DNA of 64,000 nt from an uncultured Lachnospiraceae bacterium (GTDB lineage: Bacteria; Bacillota; Clostridia; Lachnospirales; Lachnospiraceae): assembly GCA_947631505.1 (NCBI GenBank), contig CANRLR010000011.1:12063-76062 (forward strand). The letters run 5' to 3'. Positions 56,615-64,000 of the stretch are shown piece by piece. The translations under genes and the position numbers were made by a program. The notes under the pieces are model-generated. The model worked only from the letters and a program-made list of their open reading frames with translations. It ran no database searches and was not told where the DNA came from. Every line of letters begins with the position of its first letter. The stretch's first letter is position 1.

Positions 56615-58132
56615 TCATTCCTTTATATTTGAAAGTATTTTAAGAAGATAGTTCCAAGTTCTTCTCACTGAGGCAAGCTCCATCTTTTCCTCCGGTGTAT
56701 GAACATGAAGAAGTGTTGGGCCAAAAGAAACCATGTCAAGTTCTGGAGTATTCCCGCAGAACATACCGCATTCAAGACCTGCATGAATTCCTGAAACAAC
56801 CGGCATTTTCTTATACTCCTCCTCAAATGTCCGAACCATAAGTGCTAAGAGCGGAGAATCCTTTCTGAACTCCCATACTGGATAATCCGCAGAATATTTT
56901 ACCGTTCCGTCCAGACGGTTCATGAATTCCGATAATTTTTGACACAGAGCTTCCTTTCCCCCCGCAGCATTACTGCGAATCAGATACTTCATTACAAGAT
57001 CCGTATTCTCGATTCGACAGACTCCCAGATTTAACGAACTTTCGACCATCCCTTTCATATCATCGCTCATCCTCGCTATGCCATCCGGTGCCTGCCCCAG
57101 CAAATGAATTATTTTATCGCAATCTTTGGGCCGGATAAGTCTCATCCTATTCTCATCCGGCTCTGCCATATCCTGATAAAGTAATTCTACATCAATAGAC
57201 AAAGCGGTAAATTTTTTATATTTTTTTTTCACTGCGCTTGCTGATTTCTCTATTTCTTTCAAGATATACGGTTTCTCTGCTTCCTCTATCTGAAATGAAG
57301 CAGAAGCCTCATTCGGAATTGAATTATCCCGGTTTCCGCCCTGAATGTCACATAGGAAGAGCCGGTTTCTTCTATTCACAGGCTGAAGAACTTCGGATAA
57401 CACCTTTATTGCATTTGGAATTTTTTTATGCATTTCAACTCCCGAATGTCCGCCCGGAAGTCCATGAACCACAACACGGATGTCTGGATGTGTTCCGGTT
57501 CTGTCTTTTTTACAACAGCTAAGTCTGACCCTGCATTCTGCCCGCACTCCGCCGGCACAGCTTACGGTAAGTATTCCCTCTTCCTCAGAATCAAGATTAA
57601 TTAATCTCTTCGCACGGAGCCTTGCCATATCCAGAGCACCCGCACCCAGCATTCCGATTTCCTCATCTGCCGTAAAGACTGCATCAATGGGCGGATGTGG
57701 CACATCCATAGAAAGAAGTGCCAAAATATAGGCAACCCCGATACCATCATCTGCACCAAGTGTTGTGCCGTCTGCCATAAGATAATTTCCCCGTACTAAA
57801 ATATCAATTCCTTCCTCTTTCATATCCTTTGTACAGTCTCGTGTTTTATCACAGACCATATCCAAATGTGCCTGCAGGGCAATCGGTTCACAATTCTCAT
57901 AGCCCTTTGACGCCTCCGCATACAGAATAATATTGCCAGCGGCATCCTGATAAGATTCGTATCCATGGCTCACTGCAAAATCAAGACAATACTCCGCAAT
58001 CGCTCCGGTATTTCCCGAACCATGCGGAATTGAGCAAATCTCTCTGAAATATTGAAAAACTTCTTTTGGCTCTAACTGAGCTAATACATTATTTTGATTC
58101 ATAACATTCTCTCCGGCATTTAGTATTGCCAT
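56615..58132 (-). CDS. pepD: Aminoacyl-histidine dipeptidase (M20C)
   Basis: IPHGSGN, LQAHLDMVC, TLGADDGIG, DEEIGM, NLDSEEEG, IHAGLECG. Confidence 0.92.
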   Translation of the reverse strand: MAILNAGENVMNQNNVLAQLEPKEVFQYFREICSIPHGSGNTGAIAEYCLDFAVSHGYESYQDAAGNIILYAEASKGYENCEPIALQAHLDMVCDKTRDCTKDMKEEGIDILVRGNYLMADGTTLGADDGIGVAYILALLSMDVPHPPIDAVFTADEEIGMLGAGALDMARLRAKRLINLDSEEEGILTVSCAGGVRAECRVRLSCCKKDRTGTHPDIRVVVHGLPGGHSGVEMHKKIPNAIKVLSEVLQPVNRRNRLFLCDIQGGNRDNSIPNEASASFQIEEAEKPYILKEIEKSASAVKKKYKKFTALSIDVELLYQDMAEPDENRMRLIRPKDCDKIIHLLGQAPDGIARMSDDMKGMVESSLNLGVCRIENTDLVMKYLIRSNAAGGKEALCQKLSEFMNRLDGTVKYSADYPVWEFRKDSPLLALMVRTFEEEYKKMPVVSGIHAGLECGMFCGNTPELDMVSFGPTLLHVHTPEEKMELASVRRTWNYLLKILSNIKE

Positions 58133-58220
58133 GGAAGAATAAAAATATGTATTTTATCATCTTCTTAGTGATTTTTTATAAATAAGGTGTTATAGTAGAG
58201 ATAAATGGAGGTAAAGAACC

Positions 58221-59609
58221 ATGAACAAATCAAAAAGTCCTATTCGTCAGGGTCTTAACATTATTATTGTAGGCTGTGGCAAGGTAGGTACAACCCTGAT
58301 CGAACAATTAAGCAGGGAAGGACACGATATTACTATTATTGATAAGAACGCAGCAAAGGTCCAGGAAATATCCAGTGTTTTCGATGTTATGGGACTGGCC
58401 GGAAATGGCGCCAGTTACAGTGTGCAGATGGAAGCAGGTATTGAAAAAGCAGACTTAATTATTGCCGTAACGGATTCCGATGAACTGAATCTGCTCTGCT
58501 GTACGGTTGCCAAGCAGGTAGGTGACTGCGGTGCGATTGCCCGGGTGCGCACACCCGATTACAGTAAAGAAGCCGGCTATCTGAGAGAAAAACTGGGCCT
58601 TACCATGATAATCAATCCCGAGCTGGAAGCCTCTAGAGAGATTGCCCGGATCTTATATGTGCCAACTGCTTTGGAAGTCAATTCTTTTGCCCATGGACAG
58701 GCCGAAATTATTAAATTCAAAATTCCAGAGGGAAACATTCTTAGTGGCATGACAATTGCCAATTTAGGCAGGGACATTACAAATGAGATTTTAATATGTG
58801 CGATTGAGAGAAAAGGTGAAGTATATATTCCCGATGGTGATTTCCAGCTGGAGCAGGATGACATTATATCTTTTGTTGCATCTCGCCGTTTTATACGTTC
58901 TTTTTTGAAAAAAATCGGTTTCAAGACAAAACAGGTAAAAAATACGATGATTATTGGCGGCGGAAAAGCGACCTACTATCTTGCCAAGCATCTGCTTACA
59001 ATGGGTATTGATGTAAAAATTATTGAACAGAACCGTCAACGGTGCGAAGAACTGAGTATTCTTCTGCCGGAGGCAATTATTATAAATGGAGATGGTACCG
59101 ATCAGGAGTTATTAAAAGAAGAGGGAATAGAATATGTCGAATCCTTTATTCCCCTTACTGGTATTGATGAGGAAAATATTATGCTGACACTCCATGCCAG
59201 ACAAGTATCGGACGCTAAGGTAATTACGAAAATTAACCGGAGTACGTTCAAAGATGTCATCAGCAGATTGGATTTAGGCAGTGTAATTTATCCCCGCTAC
59301 ATAACCTGTGAAGCAATTATTGCCTATGTGCGCGCAAAGAAAAATTCTATGAACAGCAACATTGAAACTCTCTATCATATGTTTGATAACCGCGCAGAAG
59401 CCATTGAATTCCGGGTAGATGAAGAATCGGAAGTAACCGGAATCCCGTTAAAGGATTTGACATTGAAAAAAGACCTCTTAGTATCCTTTATTTACCGGAA
59501 TGGTTCTGTTCGCATTCCAAGCGGTCAGGATACCATTGAGGTAGGAGATACCGTTATGATTGTTACTACCCATACTGGTTTTGACAATATAAAAGATATT
59601 TTGAAATAA
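58221..59609 (+). CDS. trkA: Trk K+ transporter NAD-binding subunit
   Basis: IVGCGKVG and IIGGGK Rossmann motifs in tandem RCK domains. Confidence 0.93.
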   Translation: MNKSKSPIRQGLNIIIVGCGKVGTTLIEQLSREGHDITIIDKNAAKVQEISSVFDVMGLAGNGASYSVQMEAGIEKADLIIAVTDSDELNLLCCTVAKQVGDCGAIARVRTPDYSKEAGYLREKLGLTMIINPELEASREIARILYVPTALEVNSFAHGQAEIIKFKIPEGNILSGMTIANLGRDITNEILICAIERKGEVYIPDGDFQLEQDDIISFVASRRFIRSFLKKIGFKTKQVKNTMIIGGGKATYYLAKHLLTMGIDVKIIEQNRQRCEELSILLPEAIIINGDGTDQELLKEEGIEYVESFIPLTGIDEENIMLTLHARQVSDAKVITKINRSTFKDVISRLDLGSVIYPRYITCEAIIAYVRAKKNSMNSNIETLYHMFDNRAEAIEFRVDEESEVTGIPLKDLTLKKDLLVSFIYRNGSVRIPSGQDTIEVGDTVMIVTTHTGFDNIKDILK

Positions 59610-59626
59610 GGAGTCAGCATCAAAAA

Positions 59627-61093
59627 ATGAACACTTCAATCATTTGTTATATATTGGGATATATTTTGAAAATCGAATCTCTTTTTATGCTCTTACCCTG
59701 CATCGTAGCAGCCATTTATCAGGAAAAGGAAGGCTTTTCCTATCTGATTGTTGCTGTGCTTTGCGGTGTTCTCGGCATTCTTATGACATTACGCAAACCT
59801 GAAAATCATGTATTTTATTTGAAGGAAGGCTGTATTGCCACTTCTCTGAGCTGGATATTTCTTAGTCTTTTTGGCTGTATTCCTTTTATTCTTACCGGAG
59901 AGATTCCTTCCTTTACGAATGCCCTTTTCGAGACAATATCTGGTTTTACGACTACCGGTGCCAGTATTTTAGACAATGTTGAGGCTCTATCCTACTGCTC
60001 CCTATTTTGGCGTAGTTTTACCCACTGGATCGGCGGTATGGGTGTACTGGTCTTTCTTCTTGCCATTATACCATTGAGCGGCGGCTCCCACATCAATCTG
60101 ATGCGGGCAGAAAGTCCCGGTCCTTCTGTCGGAAAATTAGTTCCCAAGGTGAGATCTACCGCACGGATTCTGTACTTGATTTATATGGCAATGACATTGC
60201 TTGAAGTCCTCTTATTAATGGCAGGCGGCATGTCACTTTTTGAATCCCTTACTACCAGCTTCGGAACGGCCGGCACGGGTGGATTCGGAATCAAAAATGA
60301 CAGTATCGCCAGTTATACCTCCTATATCCAATGGGTTGTCACAATATTTATGATTTTATTCGGTATTAACTTCAATTTCTTTTATCTGCTGCTTTTCCGC
60401 AAGTTTAAGAAAGCATTCCATATGGAAGAAATAAGATACTACCTGCTCATCATTTTGATTGCCATTGGTATTATATTTGTGGAGACTCTTAACACCTCCG
60501 CTAATGCTTTCCATGCTCTGACACACTCCGCTTTTCAGGTGGCATCCATCATCACTACCACCGGTTATTCTACCATTGATTTTAACCAGTGGTCGCAGGC
60601 ATGCAAATCTATACTTGTCCTCTTAATGTTCATCGGTGCCTGTGCCGGAAGTACCGGAGGCGGTATTAAGGTATCCCGCTTTATTGTCTTAGTCAAGACT
60701 GTTACTAAGGAATTAAACTCCTATATTCACCCGAAAAGCATTAAGAAAATCAATATTGAACACAAGCCGGTAGAACATGAAGTTGTCCGCTCTATCAATG
60801 TATATTTTATCACGTTTATGATACTGTTTTCCGCCTCCGTTTTTGCCATTTCATTTGAAGGACGGGATCTAGTTACGAATTTTACTGCTGTAGCCGCCAC
60901 AATTAATAATATCGGGCCGGGACTGGAACTGGTTGGTCCTACAAGCAATTTTGGAATTTTCACACCATTTTCAAAATACGTGCTGATGTTTGATATGCTG
61001 GCAGGGCGACTGGAACTGTTCCCGCTTTTAATATTAATCCATCCGGGGATTTGGAAAGATTTCTTTTCCCGGAATGTGAAACACCGGAAATAG
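59627..61093 (+). CDS. trkH: Trk K+ transporter membrane subunit
   Basis: FETISGFTTTGAS, HWIGGMG, TAGTGGF, GACAGSTGGGIK, NNIGPG. Confidence 0.93.
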   Translation: MNTSIICYILGYILKIESLFMLLPCIVAAIYQEKEGFSYLIVAVLCGVLGILMTLRKPENHVFYLKEGCIATSLSWIFLSLFGCIPFILTGEIPSFTNALFETISGFTTTGASILDNVEALSYCSLFWRSFTHWIGGMGVLVFLLAIIPLSGGSHINLMRAESPGPSVGKLVPKVRSTARILYLIYMAMTLLEVLLLMAGGMSLFESLTTSFGTAGTGGFGIKNDSIASYTSYIQWVVTIFMILFGINFNFFYLLLFRKFKKAFHMEEIRYYLLIILIAIGIIFVETLNTSANAFHALTHSAFQVASIITTTGYSTIDFNQWSQACKSILVLLMFIGACAGSTGGGIKVSRFIVLVKTVTKELNSYIHPKSIKKINIEHKPVEHEVVRSINVYFITFMILFSASVFAISFEGRDLVTNFTAVAATINNIGPGLELVGPTSNFGIFTPFSKYVLMFDMLAGRLELFPLLILIHPGIWKDFFSRNVKHRK

Positions 61094-61146
61094 AAAAGGC
61101 TTATTTTGCAATGGCTGTCGCCTTGCCGGAGAATGAAACGTCAGTA

Positions 61147-64000
61147 CTATTTAATTTTTACACGCTTAACAGAACTGAATGCACCATATACTTTACTGCC
61201 TGCTGAATCCATCTTATAAGCCCTTACCTTCACATATATGGTCCGTTTGCTCTTTAACTTCTTAATCACAGCCTTAGTAGAGGTAACCTTGACTTTTCTG
61301 GCTGACTTAAACTTTTTATTCGCAGAATATTTTACCTCGTATCCTTTTGCACCAGATACTTTACCAAATGTAACGGTCATCTTCTTCTTTCTTGCTTTTA
61401 CTTTTTTTATGGAAACTTTCCTTGTTTTTACCTTGGTCCAGCGTGCATATAAAGTATGGTTCTTCGCAGCAGATACCTTGGTAGAGGAGGTTATTTTGTT
61501 ACCTCCGCTTTTTGCTGTGTACCATCCCAAAAAGATATATTTCTTTCTCACCGCTGTAGGAAGGGTTCCGTATTTACCGTTGTAGGTAACTTTTATGGAT
61601 GATTTTGATACCTTCAGACCACGATTTTTATTGAACTGCACCGTATATTGTTCCGCTGACCATTTTGCATTTACAGTAATATTTTCCTTAATATTCGTAA
61701 AGTCTTTATCCCAGTCCAGCTTATATCCTGTTTTTGACAATTGAGGGGCTGCAGCGGCCTTTCCATACTCTACCTCTTGGGTATCCAGTACCTTATCGCC
61801 GTCTTTAAAGATGACTTGGTACTTCTTTACTTCATTCGCTGTCCATACCGCATTGACCGTGGTATCTTCTTTGATTTCCGTAAAGTCTTTGTCCCAGCGA
61901 AAGGTATATCCTTCTCTTGGTGCGACAGTCGGCGCTGCTGCGGCTTTTCCGTACTCTACCTCTTGGGTATCCAGTACCGTATCGCTATCCTGAAAGGTTA
62001 CTTGATACTTATTAATCGTCCATACCGCATTGACCGTGGTATCTGCTTTGATTTCTGCAAAGTCTTTGTCCCAGCTTAATGTATAACCTTCCTTCGGTGC
62101 GACGGTCGGCGCTGCTGCGGCTTTTCCGTACTCTACCTCTTGGGTATCCAGTACCGTATCGCCATCCTGAAAGGTTACCTGATACTTATTAATCGTCCAT
62201 ACCGCATTGACCGTGGTATCTGCTTTGATTTCCGTAAAGTCTTTATCCCAGCTAAAGGTATATCCTTCTTTTGGTGCAACGGCCGGTGCTGCTGCGGCTT
62301 TTCCATACTCTACAGACTGGGTATCCAGCACGGTATCGCCATCTTTAAAGGTTACCTGATATTGATTTATCGTCCATACCGCATTGACCGTGGTATCTGC
62401 TTTGATTTCCGTAAAATCTTTATCCCAGCTGCTAAAGGTATAGCCCTCTTTTACTACATTGGCAGGAGGTGTTGCGTCCTTTCCATATTCTACAGACTGG
62501 GTCTCTATGATTTGCCCATCACTTACAAATTGGACATCATACCTTATAGTTTTAAAAGGAATCCCCTCTATCCCAGCATAGTCCTCGGCATAGGAACCCG
62601 GCAGACCCCATATTGTAAGGCTTGTAAGATCATAAAAGGCTGTATCGCTTATGCTCGTCACACTGGCCGGGATTTCAATGTCTGTAAGGCTGCTGCAGCC
62701 CGAAAAGGCATAGTTCCCTATGGTTGTCACACCCGCTGGAATTTCGATTCCTGAAAGACCGCTGCAGTAGTAAAAGGCAGACTCTCCTATATCTGTCACA
62801 CTATCCGGAATGACAGTCGCTTTGCAGCCTGCTAACAATTTATTACTCGATGTTTCTATAATGGCATTACAATTTTCACGGCTGTCATATACAGTGTTTC
62901 CTTCTGCAACTTCTATTCTTTCCAAACCGCTGCATCCAACAAAGGCTCCAAAACTTCCCGCCTCTATGCTCGTCACACCAGCCGGAATTTCGAGGCTTGT
63001 AAGACCACTGTTGTATGCAAAGGCACTCTTCCCTATGCCGGTCACACTGGCCGGGATGATTGTATTTTTGCAGCCTGTTATCAATGTATTGCTTGATGTT
63101 TCTATAATTCCATTACAATTTTCACGGCTGTCATATTTACTGTTTCCTTCTGCAACTTCTATTTTCTCCAAACCGCTGCAGCCCGAAAAAACATGAGATC
63201 CTATACTCGTCACACTGTTTGGAATTTCGATACTTGTAAGGCTGCTACAGTTTTTAAAGGCCTGATTCCCTATACTCGTCACACCGGCCGGGATGTTGAT
63301 ACTTTTAAGGCTGCTGCAGCCGTTAAAGACCTGATTCCCTATACTCGTCACACCGGCCGGGATGTTGATACTTTTAAGGCTTGTGCAGCCATAAAAGGCA
63401 AAATTCCCTATACTCGTCACGCCAGCCGGAATTTCGAGACTTGTAAGACTGCTGCATCCATTAAAAGCTAATCGCTCTATGGTCGTCACACTGTCAGGAA
63501 TTTTAGTATTTTTACAGCCTGTTATCAAACTATTACTCGATGTTTCTATAATGGCATTACAATTTTCACGGCTGTCATATACGGTGTTTTCTTCTGCAAC
63601 TTCTACTCTCTCCAAACTGCTGCAGTCTGCAAAGGCACTCGTATCTATGCTCTTCATACTTTTCGGGATGTAAACACCTGTAAGGCTTGTGCATTCAGAA
63701 AAAGCCTGCAGCCCTATGGCCGTCACACTGTCAGGAATTTCAATATCTGTAAGGCTTGTGCATCTCCAAAAAGCACTCTCCCCTATACTCGTCACACCGT
63801 TTGGGATTTTCGTATTTTTACAGCCTGTTTTCAATTCATTGCTTGATGTTTCTATAATGGCATTACAATTTTCACGGCTGTCATATTTACTGTTTCCTTC
63901 TGCAACTTCTATACTCTCCAAACTACTGCAGTCTGCAAAGGCATTTCCCTTCCCAGTCAAGTCCCCGATGTTCGTCACACCGGCTGGAATTTTGATACCT
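61147..64000 (-). CDS. BspA-like leucine-rich-repeat surface protein with B-type repeats and an FnIII-like C-terminus (5' end beyond the window)
   Basis: Repeated IPxGVTSIGxxAFxGCSSL and YDSRENCNAIIET units; about five ~58-aa YQVTF.DGDTVLDTQ repeats; the frame is open to 64000 (GIKIPAGVTNIGD). Confidence 0.9.
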   Translation of the reverse strand, partial: GIKIPAGVTNIGDLTGKGNAFADCSSLESIEVAEGNSKYDSRENCNAIIETSSNELKTGCKNTKIPNGVTSIGESAFWRCTSLTDIEIPDSVTAIGLQAFSECTSLTGVYIPKSMKSIDTSAFADCSSLERVEVAEENTVYDSRENCNAIIETSSNSLITGCKNTKIPDSVTTIERLAFNGCSSLTSLEIPAGVTSIGNFAFYGCTSLKSINIPAGVTSIGNQVFNGCSSLKSINIPAGVTSIGNQAFKNCSSLTSIEIPNSVTSIGSHVFSGCSGLEKIEVAEGNSKYDSRENCNGIIETSSNTLITGCKNTIIPASVTGIGKSAFAYNSGLTSLEIPAGVTSIEAGSFGAFVGCSGLERIEVAEGNTVYDSRENCNAIIETSSNKLLAGCKATVIPDSVTDIGESAFYYCSGLSGIEIPAGVTTIGNYAFSGCSSLTDIEIPASVTSISDTAFYDLTSLTIWGLPGSYAEDYAGIEGIPFKTIRYDVQFVSDGQIIETQSVEYGKDATPPANVVKEGYTFSSWDKDFTEIKADTTVNAVWTINQYQVTFKDGDTVLDTQSVEYGKAAAAPAVAPKEGYTFSWDKDFTEIKADTTVNAVWTINKYQVTFQDGDTVLDTQEVEYGKAAAAPTVAPKEGYTLSWDKDFAEIKADTTVNAVWTINKYQVTFQDSDTVLDTQEVEYGKAAAAPTVAPREGYTFRWDKDFTEIKEDTTVNAVWTANEVKKYQVIFKDGDKVLDTQEVEYGKAAAAPQLSKTGYKLDWDKDFTNIKENITVNAKWSAEQYTVQFNKNRGLKVSKSSIKVTYNGKYGTLPTAVRKKYIFLGWYTAKSGGNKITSSTKVSAAKNHTLYARWTKVKTRKVSIKKVKARKKKMTVTFGKVSGAKGYEVKYSANKKFKSARKVKVTSTKAVIKKLKSKRTIYVKVRAYKMDSAGSKVYGAFSSVKRVKIK
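61680..62545. repeat. Intragenic tandem repeats of ~174 bp
   Basis: GTCCATACCGCATTGACCGTGGTATC recurs at ~61841, 62018, 62195 and 62373. Confidence 0.85.

Noticed and set aside
599-63673. The many short plus-strand ORFs opposite long minus-strand genes (and vice versa in trkAH and the deacetylase)
   Set aside because: They are antisense shadows with no RBS or recognisable motifs and overlap well-supported genes.

Overview
Low-GC Firmicute chromosome, probably Lachnospiraceae or another spore-forming clostridium (inferred from sigK, CspA-like S8 protease and gene style). It has three parts. (1) 1-6973: a type I-B CRISPR-Cas operon on the minus strand (cas6-cas8b1-cas7-cas5-cas3). cas3 runs off the left edge and no array is in the window. 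(2) About 7218-35939: a ~28.7-kb integrative conjugative element, all on the minus strand. It carries a MOB_P relaxase, MobC, an oriT candidate, VirD4, VirB4, VirB6, VirB2, PrgI, a CwlT-like hydrolase, sortase, a thioester adhesin, ArdC, SSB, ParM, a ParR-like protein and a phage/plasmid-type replication initiator with internal iterons. No tyrosine or serine integrase is recognisable; the only recombinase I see is an intact IS30-family DDE transposase at the left end. A 14-16 bp direct repeat flanks the element. Its left end carries an outward TTGACA and its right end an inward TATAAT, which would join into a consensus promoter on circularisation. A stand-alone paralog of the transposase HTH sits at the far end. 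This is the main candidate for an undescribed system. (3) 35963-64000: ordinary chromosomal genes (GH13, HAD hydrolases, PTS, murE, citrate synthase, cad operon, deacetylase, two GH43, S8 protease, aminotransferase, sigK, DUF819, pepD, trkAH) and a BspA-like LRR protein running off the right edge. All family calls are from motif recognition by eye, not database searches.
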